From Octopus vulgaris (taxonomy: Eukaryota), in assembly GCA_951406725.2 (NCBI GenBank), contig OX597818.1:5704001-5768000 (forward strand): DNA of 64,000 nucleotides, in the 5' to 3' direction. The position numbers and the translations under genes were made by a program. Within the stretch, counting starts at the first letter, position 1; each line of letters starts with the position of its first letter. Under the pieces are notes generated by a model. That model ran no database searches, had not been told where the DNA came from, and worked only from the letters and a program-made list of their open reading frames with translations. Positions 12,667 through 24,607 of this stretch are shown one piece after another.

Positions 12667-14954
12667 GTTCAATTTGTTGTTCACGTCCATAATTTAGATT
12701 TAAATCTCTATAATTTTGAATTTTTATCACTTTCCATTTTGAATTTGACAAAGACTGACCTGCTATCGAAATATCGTTCAACCAATAAAATATTTATGGC
12801 AGTTGCATCGCGCCCTTTGTCTTGTCTATTATTGTTAATACTAGCTAGCCCCGTGCCGTCAAAAATGACCGCTAATTGTAGTATTTCAAATATAAATAAT
12901 ATACAAAACTAAGTTTTTAGTATACTAATTCTTATATTACCAAATTTTGGGGGAAAAATCTATCCGCAACTAACATTCATTTCTCAACAAGTGTGACATA
13001 ATCTAAGTTATCATTTTTGTCTTAGGTTGATTAAAGGCACCTCACACTTTTCAAAAGCATAACGGGCCCGAGTCAACAGATGCCAAACTCCATGCTAATA
13101 GTTATTAGCCTCAAGCTAATACGACCAATATATAACCTTTTGGTGACATGCAGAATGTTTCTCTTCTAGATTTTAACTAGGGTGCCCTGGTTCAAAAAGT
13201 ATGTGGTTAGATAGGAGTGGTCATTTCTCGAGGAGTTTGTTACCGAGCTGTAGGTTCCTTTAGTTCAATTTTAAGCATTTATCTTTGCATTCGTTGTTTA
13301 GTGGGTACTAAATGTTTACTCTGTGTCCACACTGATTTAAAACCACTTTTCTAACCTTTTCTTTTTGGATAGTGTCCATCATATGATAGGATTCTAAGAA
13401 AATTTCAATGTATCCTACCAATTTTAATGTGAGAGAGCAGATTTCTTTTATACACCTCTCAAGTATCACTGATCTTCGTATCGATATTTGAATAACAAAT
13501 GAATTGTGGTGTATTTTCTTGCTTGCCTCTATGTATATATACTCTTCTTTAATAAATATTATTATACCGCTTTCCATTTGTATTAACATTTAAACATGGA
13601 AATGAATTACAAGTGAACTATCCTTTCCATCTAGTTTCGATTTGAATATTATATATGTATAATATAGTGTCTCATGATTCGAAATTCTTACTTTCCCTCC
13701 TCATTTTATATAATGTAAGAGCTTAAAATAGTTGGAATGAAGATTAAACCGTACCCTTTTTTGTTTGTTTCTAAGCACATTTAAATTGGATTTGGTAATG
13801 TATGTTTCTCATGCTTGCTTGTATGCAAACTATGATGATAACAGTACAAAAGGGATGCTGCAGCCAACTATCTTCCGTCAAGTACCATTTGAAATTTTTT
13901 TACAATACATAGCGTGACAGCCTGTGTTATCAGGCGATACCCCATCTACTACTCTTTCGTTATTCTCAGACGAATAGGTAAGCCTGAAGCAATATATTAT
14001 CCAATGGCTGCGGCCAATGGTATATGAGGTAATAAAAATTTACTACTTTAAGATGTGCTGTGTAACAAAATATTACAAAATTTAAAGCAGATCCTCTTTG
14101 TCGTAATGTCATTAAGAATATATTCGTAAAATGTATATCCATACAACAACTGACCGTGGATATCGTGCTCTATAATAAGGTTATGTAATATGTAGTGGTG
14201 GAAAATTGTTGATTTCGACTGTAGTGTAATATCCTGGGGTTATATAAATGTTCAAGCACATCAGTTACCCAATTCATGTAAACATACTTTGGCAGCTTAT
14301 ACACTATGTAAACAATAAAGAAGACGGTATACTAAGTCACAGCCATCAGTTACATCCAACTAAGGTTTCTTCTATGTTCTGTTGCGTTTCTCCTGCTCAA
14401 ATAATATAAATCTAATCAAATGAAAACATTTTGATAGTAAATAAATATCATTAGCTATATATTTTTACTTTGGTTTAGGCAAAGAAAGTGAACTCTTACA
14501 AATTTACAACAAGAAACATTTCCATTTAAGTTGGGATTTATGAAGAGGATTTATTCTTCCCCTGGCAATATTCACTGAATAATTTTTCCTTATTTTTATT
14601 TTATGTTCTGACAAGTACATAAATATCACTATATCTTTAGCTGCTAGACAATATACATTAAGATAGAGTCAAGTAATATAACAAGAATGATGATAATATA
14701 TAAAACTTAATGTGATTGATGTTCAAAGACATTCTGAGGCCGATATCTTACAGTTCCTTGCTGCATCAATAATACTATACATTGACTATGATGTTTGCGG
14801 GTATACGATTAGAAGAACATTTTTATCATCAAATATGTTACATGCATGTTGTAAATTTGGAAGAGTGGGTACATTGCTTAACAATTATAATTGTGCACGC
14901 GCATGTATGTATGTGTGAGTACATACGTTATGCTTATATATCAGTATATCTGTA

Positions 14955-15007
<53 letters not shown>

Positions 15008-15087
15008 GCGTTTGTATGTACATATGCATATATATGTATATATATATATATATATGTGTGTGTGTATGTATATACATACATACATAC

Positions 15088-15189
<102 letters not shown>

Positions 15190-16297
15190 GAGGCAGTAAG
15201 AATTTTTGATAATTCTTTATTGGCGCTCTCCTTCGTTTATTAAACTCGCCAAGACAAAATCAAATTGGTAAAAACAGGGGTAAAGAGAGAAAGAAAAGCA
15301 AACATGGGTGAGAAATATTTTCTCTCCTTTCCTTGCTTTTCTTTCTCTCATTCACACGAGTTCGATAAACGAACGAATGCACCAATAAAGAACAATCCAA
15401 AGTTCTGTATATCTCCTTTTTCTCAAAATACAATGTACACCACTTCAGACACTCTATATATACATATATACATACATACATACATACATACATACATACA
15501 TACATACATACATACATCCCCTTATGCTGCCCTGAGTTTGTATAAGAATTGCTCTAATGTTTGCGTGTATGCATGGTTGCATGTGTGTGTAGGTGTGTGT
15601 TTGCTTAGAAGAGAAAATGAGGGTGAGAGTAAACGAAGAGTTTGTATGTGTTTGTGCAAGGGTGAGTTTATTATTGCCCTTACCTCCGCTTGTAAGAAAA
15701 CGCTCATCCCATGCATATACACGGAAACATGCGTACACACAGTCATAAAAACAATTCTCAGACATACTCAAAGTAGACTTTACGGGCCTTGGAGCGAGAG
15801 AGGGGGGGTCAATACGTTTCGCGAACAGCCAACAAACAACTTTGACCAACAAAGATTCGATTGATTGTTTAACCAGCACATTAAAAGACTAAAAATCGAT
15901 TAGTTCATTGAATATTTAACCAATTGACTAACAATAAGGATGTGGGATTGAACCTGTACTTGTGTTATTAATACTGGCGTTATGACTCTCTCTCTATGCA
16001 CAACAAAATTTGTTTCAACATACGAATTCACATCTTGCAAACCAAAACGAAGAAATATTATATTATATATATATATATATATATTTTGTGAAATAGAAAG
16101 ATGAATAATCTTGTTGCAGATTAATCAGAAGTTTAACCGATACCTTGGTAGCAAAAATCACAGCAGAAGACAGCACGGTTGGAGGTACAACCCTATGGTG
16201 TTGCAACCGTGCGTTGGTGCGGATAATTGAATTTTAATATTATTAGTGAATTGAAGAAATGGAGTTGAACGAAGATTGAACAGAAATCGTTTTATTG

Positions 16298-16379
16298 CAT
16301 TCTACACGTGTTTCGAAAGGCACAATTTACCAAATTCCGATTGAATAAGGAGACCATATTGTGTCTTTCTCTTCAGGAA
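16298..16379 (-). ncRNA. Type I hammerhead ribozyme with long stem II (left pLTR copy)
   Basis: Reverse complement of 18122-18201. Confidence 0.85.
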
Positions 16380-16905
16380 GACATAGGAAATCCGTTGGAA
16401 AAAACAAAAACAGAACAGAGGCGGAGCAAAACAAATCGAACGAGGCTCCTAAGAGCCCATGGCCAAACTGTTTATCAATGTATGTTGAAAGCGGGTGGTG
16501 GGTGCGTTGAAGATTTTAACGGGTCAGGCAGCGGTCATTCCAGTGGGTGAGAGCACGGGGTGCTTAGATGTTCTTTGTGACCGAGACTAAAGATCTGACT
16601 ATTTAAAGAATATTAGGTGTATTATATGGGGCGAGCCAAAATCTACTTAGAAACAGCCCTACACAATGGTCACTGCTGTAAAATCAGTCGGGTGGCAGAA
16701 AAATATTTTATGTGTGCGTGTGTTCGTCTAATCATGCCTTGTCAAAGAAACCCCCCGTCCTCAAAACAAACCCCCATTCGTCTTCCAGGAGTAATTCCCC
16801 TTGCAATGGTTAATCATATTTCTCTTAAAAGCTATTTCAGAATTTATTTCCAAGGGCTATTTTCATATAAGTAGTGTAACCGGGTGCAGGTATTATTTAT
16901 AAGCG

Positions 16906-17883
16906 TTATTTATAAGCAAGATAAGTATAACGCCGCCAATGGGGGCATCGAAAAGCCGACTGTAAAAGTCCGTTTACCATCCGGTCTCTGGCGAACAATA
17001 TATGGAAGAGTTCGGAGACACAAAGGTTGCACTTCCTTCTGCCCCTGTCAAATGGGAGGGCCACCGACAAAATTGACCATTCCAGTCTGTAGCTTGAGTT
17101 CGTATTCTTCAATCGCCATATTAGGTTGCTAAGTCCCGTGGTCTGGCATTTATTCACGTCTCGAAAAGTTGCGTAATGGTTGGAGATTCGTGAGGCCAAT
17201 CTTGACGATGGGGCCCCGACATAAGCGTAGACATCTGAGTCCGTGTAAACCTTACATTGGTAGACGGCATATCTGATCTTGGAGTTCACCGACGTGAACC
17301 TTATTCTATTAGGATTAGTTTCTGAAATTAGAACTGCGTTACTGTTACTATATTTGTTGCGAGAACTGCAGCCGCTCACTACTTTATTTTCCACTACGTC
17401 ACTATTAACTAACGGAATAACCCCTGAATCTACACTATCACTCAGAGTGCTGTCATTGCTAGTGCCCGTGGTGCTGCTATTGCCGGAAACGATGCTGGAG
17501 TTGCTAATGGGACTCTCTACTCTAACGAGCCGAGCTGCCCTCACCTCACTACTGCCATTGTTACCGTCAATGACATCACCCTTATTTATAACTATACCCC
17601 TAGTATCTAATCCCTGGTTGGAGCTGAGATTATGAGTCACTGTACTGGCTCTCATATCATTATTACTACTATTATTATTCCTACTGAGCGTTAAACCGGA
17701 AGCGGAAGAAGCTGTGCCTCCGGAAAAAGGTGATAGGGTCTTAGTAAGCAGCCTATTATTATGGGAGGCGATTATCTGGGCGAGGTTTTTAGTGTTGGAG
17801 AAAGCTATCCTAACTTTATGCGAGTTAACCGTGGAGTAATATTTGGAATTTCTGGGGAAGTTATTGGCGATGGCTTGTCGAAA
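16906..17883 (-). CDS. PLE C-terminal region: RT thumb end, Ser/Asn-rich linker and GIY-YIG endonuclease (truncated)
   Basis: The frame is open from the inversion junction (FRQAIANNFP...KVRIAFSNTKNLAQIIASHNNRLL) through YAVYQCKV...YVG, RISNHYATFR, LSNLIWRLK, WSIL and KCNLCVSE. Confidence 0.85.
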   Translation of the reverse strand, partial: FRQAIANNFPRNSKYYSTVNSHKVRIAFSNTKNLAQIIASHNNRLLTKTLSPFSGGTASSASGLTLSRNNNSSNNDMRASTVTHNLSSNQGLDTRGIVINKGDVIDGNNGSSEVRAARLVRVESPISNSSIVSGNSSTTGTSNDSTLSDSVDSGVIPLVNSDVVENKVVSGCSSRNKYSNSNAVLISETNPNRIRFTSVNSKIRYAVYQCKVYTDSDVYAYVGAPSSRLASRISNHYATFRDVNKCQTTGLSNLIWRLKNTNSSYRLEWSILSVALPFDRGRRKCNLCVSELFHILFARDRMVNGLLQSAFRCPHWRRYTYLAYK

Positions 17884-18121
17884 CCTAATATTCTTTAAAT
17901 AGTCAGATCTTTAGTCTCGGTCACAAAGAACATCTAAGCACCCCGTGCTCTCACCCACTGGAATGACCGCTACCTGACCCGTTAAAATCTTCAACGCACC
18001 CACCACCCGCTTTCAACATACATTGATAAACAGTTTGGCCATGGGCTCTTAGGAGCCTCGTTCGATTTGTTTTGCTCCGCCTCTGTTCTGTTTTTGTTTT
18101 TTCCAACGGATTTCCTATTTC

Positions 18122-18201
18122 TTCCTGAAGAGAAAGACACAATATGGTCTCCTTATTCAATCGGAATTTGGTAAATTGTGCCTTTCGAAACACGTGTAGA
18201 A
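18122..18201 (+). ncRNA. Type I hammerhead ribozyme with long stem II
   Basis: TTC-CTGAAGA(18125)-GAAAGACACAAT...ATTGTGCCTTTC-GAAAC-ACGT-GTA(18196-98)-GAA: intact core, palindromic helix III, GUA cleavage triplet. Confidence 0.88.
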
Positions 18202-18257
18202 TGCAATAAAACGATTTCTGTTCAATCTTCGTTCAACTCCATTTCTTCAATTCACTT

Positions 18258-18321
<64 letters not shown>

Positions 18322-18328
<7 letters not shown>

Positions 18329-19583
18329 GCTGAGTAAAAAGTACGCAACCTTTTGAAACATGAAATTCCTCACAATATATTTCAACAATGCGGAAATTTT
18401 GTTCATCAAATTAAGTACCATTACAAACAACGCATTTTCCCAACGAGTTAGAAGTTTGTTTATTCCAGAGTTCTGGAACCTATGAACTCTTTGAACACAC
18501 TTTCAGAATCGGTGTGATTTTTGAACTCCTTCTCTCGCAGGAAACCATCAAGGTGCTTGAAAAAGTGGTAATCGGTAGTCTTGGAAATAAGCTGGGTGGG
18601 GAAGAACTTCGTTGTCAAGTTCTCTCAACTTCTGGAGCATCATTAGCGAAACGCATCTTCGAGCTTTGTCATGGAGAGTGATTGTTCCTTTTCTGTTGAC
18701 CAGTTTCGGACCGGGGGAGTAGCAATTTTTCGTTCATTTTGGTAATTTCATGGCCATACGTTTCTGCAGTAATGGTTTTCACGTATTTTAAGAACTTATA
18801 CTGAATGAGGTCAGCAGTATAACACCAAACAGGTACCATAACCTCATTTTTGATGAGCTCTGTTTTAGGGAAGGTTTTCGGTGCTTTATTTTGGTCCAAC
18901 CACTGCGAAGAATGTTTTTTTTTTATTATTGTACAGAATCCACTTCTCATTGCAAGTTACAATACAGTCAAGAAATGGATCGGTCTGATTATGGAGAAGA
19001 AGCGACGAGCAAATTTCATTTCTGAGCATTTTCCGATTTTCATTCAAATCGTGTGGTAGCCATTTGTCGAGCTTTTTTGATTGTCTGATCACATGCAACT
19101 GGTTGCAGGCAGTTTTCTGGCTAACTTGAAGTTTTTTGCCAGTTCCCAAGTGGTTTTACATGGATCTTTCTCAATGACGGTCTTTAATTGACTGTCATTG
19201 CTGACAGATGGGCCTCCACAACGTTCACGATCTGCAAGACTCAGGTTACCACTGCTGAATCGTTTAAACCATTTTCACGTTGACCACTCATAGGTGATTT
19301 CATCACCAAACTTTTCGCTGATATCGTGAGCAGTTTCATCAGCTTTACATACTTTTTTGAAATTGAATAGGAAAATTGCTCGAATATCGCGCTTTGACAG
19401 TTCCATTTCAGATGATTGTAACAACGGTGGAAAATTATCAATGTCTATTTAATGATGCATTTGAGCAAGTCTATGTCTGCATTATCAGACAATTGCAAAA
19501 ACCTGTTTAAAAAAACTCTAAAAAATCCGGTACAAATTCTTCATTGTTCAAAACGTTGCTTACTTTTTACTCAACCTGATATA
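18322..19583 (-). mobile_element. Full-length decayed mariner transposon (~1.26 kb)
   Basis: TIRs TGAGTAAAAAGTA(C/A)GCAAC at both ends with TA flanks; transposase fragments WLPHDL and IVTCNEKWILYNN. Confidence 0.92.
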
Positions 19584-19959
19584 TATAAACTTACGTAACA
19601 TAAATAAAAACCCATGCACTAACTATTCTAATCTACTCAGTACTTAAGGAACACCACAAATGCAAAATATGTTCAATTCAATTCTTTATTTGAAACTATG
19701 AAAGTTTTGAAACATCGGAAAAGCGTTTAGGAACACTAATATTTAAAAAAAACCCTGTAAAATGTCAATAAGAAAATATGAAACATTTAAAATATAAAAG
19801 ATAAAATTAACATATTTTTGTACATTACGAAGTCTATATTTTAAACATAAGTTCCCTATATACACAAACATATATAAGTATCTATCTAGGGCGGGTAAAA
19901 TTCCAGAGATTCATGGCGAGGTCTCTCTAGCCGCCTTTTCCCTCATCTTCGCTGCCATG

Positions 19960-20765
19960 TCCTGAAAAAATGTTCCCGCAAGTGACGTCAGAGGATCGAG
20001 GTCGATGTAGAAAGACAGAAGCCTATTTCCAAGTAAGTGAAAACGCTACACCTGAATTTGAGCCAAACAGAAATGTACCATTCGCGGCAATTGAAGTCAC
20101 TAAAGAGGTGAATTACTCGGATTGGGTGGCACCCACGGTATGTATTAGAAAATTAATAGGATAGGCGCAGGAGTGGCCGTGTGGTAAGTATCTTGCTTAC
20201 CAACCACATGGTTCCAGGTTCAGTCCCACTGCGTGGCACCTTAGGCAAGTATCTTCTACTATAGCCTCGGGCCGACCACAGCATTGTGAGTGGATTTGGT
20301 AGACGGAAACTGAAAGAATCCCGTCGTATATGTGTATATATATATATGTATGTGTGTGAGTATATGTTTGTGTGTCTGTGTTTGTCTCCACCCCCAGCAT
20401 CGCTTGACAACCGATCCTGGTGTATTTACGTCCCCGTAAATTAGCGGTTCGGCAGAAGAGACCGGGAGAATAAGTACTAGGCTTACAAAGAATAAGTCCT
20501 GGGGTCAATTTGCTCGACTAAAACGCGGTGCTCCAGCATGGTCACAGTCAAATGACTGAAACAAGTAAAAGGGTATTAGGCTGTATGCCGATTTCTCTAC
20601 AGGATTGACCGTCTGCTTAAAAATATACCACCATCCACTTCCGACTGCAGAGGTCATTTTTACAAAGTTAAATGGTGGAATTTTTTTTTCCCCAAATTAG
20701 GTCTGTCTGAAGCCTATTTACAGATAAATGTAAATGAAAGATGTTGACAATAAATACATACAAAG
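19960..20765 (+). mobile_element. Gypsy (K02A2.6-like) pol remnant interrupted by a SINE
   Basis: EDRGRC..TEAYFQV..NATP..PNRNVPFAA, VNYSDWVAPTV; after the SINE, IRLYADFSTGL, PLPTAEVIFTKLNGG, KLGLSEAYLQI and LTINT (RT motifs). Confidence 0.75.
20163..20572 (+). mobile_element. tRNA-derived SINE family A, full length
   Basis: Head with A-box TGGCCGTGTGG and B-box GGTTCAGTCC, an internal microsatellite, and a tail ending GAAACAAGTAAAA; several copies in the window. Confidence 0.92.
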
Positions 20766-20769
20766 TATC

Positions 20770-21740
20770 ATAATCATTATTTTCCCCTTCACTGTTTCCA
20801 GGTTTTAGATTTGTGTCGTGTTCCGTCCCGTTCATAATTTTGTCTGTGGTGTTCTCATTTGGTGCAATTTCGTCAACATTATACATTCCCATGGTTTGGG
20901 ATTGTTGTCTTTCATTGTTTACATCATTTTTGTTGGATATGCTACATCTGTCTTCGTATTTTATAGTCCCAGTGCTTATGATATTATTTGGCATTGCTGT
21001 GTGGTTACTAAGTTTTCCTGATCTATTTTTCCATCGAAGTGTTCTATTTCTATTGATGACATTTGTTTTGTTTTGAGAATATATCTCCGCATGTTAGCGA
21101 GTTTATTTAGGGTTCACTGCTGTATCCAAATCTTTATCTAGGTTATTTCTCTTCCAGATTTTGTATGTATATGTTGCTGTGTCTTCGTTCAATGGACAGA
21201 GAACTGCTGTAAAATAAGCACGTGTTCATTTATGCTTTTTTAAATTTTATTTGCGAGGCATGAGGAATAGCGTCTTGCCTTTATTTTGATTGCCATCATT
21301 TTCGTTGGGTACAGGTCCGTTAATGTTTGGTGTTAGATAGTTACGTACGTGCAGTTTTTCGTACTTTCTGTGTAATAACTTTAAAGTACGTACTTCCCAT
21401 TTATTATCCTTGGGTTGAATAATACGGGTATTATCTAATCTATTTCTCATTTTCCTGTGTTTTGTGGTATTGGATCGGAACGGTCTGATGTTGATTGGAC
21501 TGTAATGTGGCGAGCGTGTTTATACGTGTTGTGCGACTGATGGAGTTCATACACAGTTAAAATACATCATTTCATTCGGCAAATAAAAATAAACTTTAAT
21601 GACTATTACTTACTGGTATATAGTCCAACACTTTCTCAATTATTCCAGATCGCATTTGTTGTCATTATTCCCGATACTTTTGGATAGATATCGTAGCAGT
21701 GTTTTATTGCTCCCACATGCTAAACGTCTCCGGTGTTCTT
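20770..21740 (-). mobile_element. 5' region remnant of an R4/Dong-type non-LTR element
   Basis: The minus strand has YKIWKRNN...ANMRRYILKTKQMSSIEIE, like the conserved N-terminal domain of R4/Dong ORFs; adjacent to (TAA)n. Confidence 0.5.
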
Positions 21741-21802
21741 TTTCATCATCATCATCATCATCATCATCGTCATCGTCATCGTTATCGTTATCGTTATTGT
21801 TA

Positions 21803-21879
<77 letters not shown>

Positions 21880-21882
<3 letters not shown>

Positions 21883-22173
21883 TAGTTTTATTTTTATAGC
21901 ATGCTTCACTTCACTACCGAGGGCAGCTCTGTGTGCCTTGAGTATGTGCTGTGATTTGTTGTGATGCTCTGATGGTTACTGTATTGAAAGCGTTTCGCGT
22001 AGGATGTGTGCAGTGCCCACTAGTGCAATGTTCTCTATGCTATATGTGTTTGTAAGTCCTGGTGTTTTTGTTATGTATTTGTCTGAATATATTTTTATCA
22101 TACCTAATGCATCTACTATGATAGAAATTGTTTCCGTTTTTACATTCCACATACGATTTACCTCTATTTCCAG
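21880..22173 (-). mobile_element. R4/Dong LINE 3' end fragment in (TAA)n
   Basis: LEIEVNRMWNVKTETISIIVDALGMIK...IALVGTAHILRETLS* followed by a short 3'UTR and (AAT)n. Confidence 0.85.
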
Positions 22174-22189
22174 GTATTACTATTATTAA

Positions 22190-22224
<35 letters not shown>

Positions 22225-22225
<1 letters not shown>

Positions 22226-22439
22226 TCTTTTACTCTACTCTTTTACTTGTTTCAGTCATTTGACTGCGGCCATGCTGGAGCACCGCCTTTAGTCGATCAA
22301 ATCGACCCTGGAACTTATTCTTTGTAAGCCTAGTACTTATTCTATCGGTCTCTTTTTGCCGAACCGCTAAGTGACGGGGACGTAAACACACCACCATCGG
22401 TTGTCAAGCAATGCTAGGGGGACAAACACAGACACACAA

Positions 22440-22470
<31 letters not shown>

Positions 22471-22636
22471 CATATATACGACAGGCTTCTTTCAGTTTCC
22501 GTCTACCAAATCCACTCACAAGGCATTGGTTGGCCCGGGGCTATAGCAGAGGACACTTGCCCAAGTTGCCACGCAGTGGGACTGAACCCGGAACCATGTG
22601 GTTGGTTAGCAAGCTACTTACCACACATCCACTCCT
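22225..22636 (-). mobile_element. tRNA-derived SINE family A
   Basis: Reverse complement of 20163-20572. Confidence 0.92.
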
Positions 22637-22879
22637 GTGTGCCTTGGATATGTGCTGTGATTTGCTGTGATGCTCTTATGGTTACTGTATTGAAAGCGTT
22701 TCGCGTAGGATGTGTGCAGTGCCCAGTAGTGCAATGTTCTCTATGCTATATGTGTTTGTAAGTCCTGGTGTTTTTGTTATGTATTTGTCTGAATATATTT
22801 TTATCATACCTAATGCATCTACTATGAGGGAAATTGTTTCCGTTTTTACATTCCACATAAGATTTACCTCTATTTCCAG

Positions 22880-22880
<1 letters not shown>
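22637..22880 (-). mobile_element. Second near-identical R4/Dong 3' fragment
   Basis: Direct repeat of 21930-22173 with the same truncation point (TATTTCCAGG|TATT). Confidence 0.85.
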
Positions 22881-22937
<57 letters not shown>

Positions 22938-22939
<2 letters not shown>

Positions 22940-23853
22940 TCATTATCACAGGTTTTGCTGGAACTCCTGGAGTCTTGTATACATAGCGGGTTTACTTCCT
23001 GCAGCATTCGGTACCATGTTATCCGATCTTTTCAGCTATATAATACTTTTTTGATTATTCTGGCCGTGCCAAGGAGGCAAGCCTTTTGCAATACTTCTAC
23101 TGGGCACTCTGTTCAAATTTCCTTTATATTCCTCTTGATGCCTTCTTGTATTACTCCCAAGGACCCAACAATAATTCTTGACTAACCGTAGGTCAGAGAG
23201 GCATTCAACGTCAACTGTATAGCATATGTGGTGCACCTTGTCTAGACCCACGTAGTACGGTGTGTTATACTCTACCACCTGATGTATTTGGATTAGGAAA
23301 TCCCAGAGGATTTCGCTAGTCCCTGACTGCATCACTCTCTCCGCTTTGTGCTCATACCAAGTCTTGCCTCTCTCTAGCCCCCAAGTTTCGCACAGTTTCC
23401 AATGTAGCAATTTCGCTACCTGGTCAAATCGCCACAACAGTTTTGAGCAAGTGTAGAGCATACGTTCGTGATATGGGCAATGGCTTCATCCACTCTATTA
23501 GAGATGCGGCACAGTGGAGACACTTTCTTATTCTTCAGATTGACCCTCCAATCCGTGACCAAATATTGGTATTGCGCTGCCAATAGACTGCTCCCGGTTC
23601 TTATTTTAGGGTTCTTTCCATCAGCCTATCGGACCTATTTTTGGCTATATAGAATTGATTGTAAATTCCTTCTTGCGTAATTCTTCATCTCCTTTTTATG
23701 CTTCTTCCTTTGTTTTCCCTTTTTTCTCTGTCCTCAATACTTCCTCATGCCTAACTATCACTAGCAAGGTTTCATTACTTTGTGCTAGATATTTCATTCA
23801 GTTCTTGAGTTCGATACGCATGCAGTCTTCCTCACTTATCAATCCCCTTCCTC
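22938..23853 (-). mobile_element. Decayed 5'-truncated R4/Dong LINE (Zn-knuckle plus restriction-like endonuclease), a different subfamily
   Basis: SPLCR...AHI..C, KLLHWKLC, WYEHK, ILWDFLIQ...NTPYYVGLDK..CYTVDVEC (degenerate PD..D RLE); (TAA)n on both sides. Confidence 0.85.
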
Positions 23854-23910
<57 letters not shown>

Positions 23911-24460
23911 GAGTGAGAGAGCAGTGCATGCCCTCAAAGTGACACTGGGGTAAAATATACGAAGCCCAATATACCCATCATGACTACCCGTCTGATAAGG
24001 GTACACTAGGCACATGCATCACAACCATATGTGCGCGACATGGTGATCTCATATCAAGATAAACAGCACATGACCTTGCAGGTGGGGGCCCAGTTAGAAT
24101 TTTCTTCAGGTTGAGTAGCCCATCCCGCTCAAAAGGTCCCTGAATAAGGGTTGTTTAAGGATGTTGAAAGAACCACCGATGTTTCCAGAGGGGAATTATT
24201 CAAACCCCAAAGAATCCCTCTCAACACATGGCTATGATGCTCCCCCACTACTTCTGCTCGTAATCAGAGATGTACATATCGTCAGCCACTAAGGGACATG
24301 CTCAACTGGTTAAGGTCAAACAACTGACAAGCAAATCTATTGAGCAGAATATTTGCTGTAGCCCATCTTTTATACCAAGACAAAACAATGTACATGATAA
24401 CACTTCCAATCAGTTAAGATCAGAAGCCATGAGAGCCACTGCCTGGTACTGCATCAGGGC

Positions 24461-24462
<2 letters not shown>
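23911..24462 (-). mobile_element. ~560-bp (TAA)n-targeting non-coding element
   Basis: Copy of 12023-12602 with the same ends. Confidence 0.9.
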
Positions 24463-24523
<61 letters not shown>

Positions 24524-24552
24524 TATTATTATTATTATTATTATCATTATTA

Positions 24553-24607
<55 letters not shown>

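Larger units (their letters stand above)
16085..18263 (-). mobile_element. 5'-truncated Penelope-like element (Hydra-like) with ~380-bp inverted pseudo-LTRs
   Basis: Arms 16236-16618 and 17883-18263 are near-perfect inverted repeats. The element sits between (TA)n tracts and encloses a GIY-YIG ORF. Confidence 0.92.

Noticed and set aside
13308-13589. 93-aa ORF as a gene or transposase
   Set aside because: No recognisable motif or convincing splice context.
17279-17635. Leu-rich 118-aa ORF that looks membrane-like
   Set aside because: It is the antisense shadow of the Ser/Asn-rich PLE linker.
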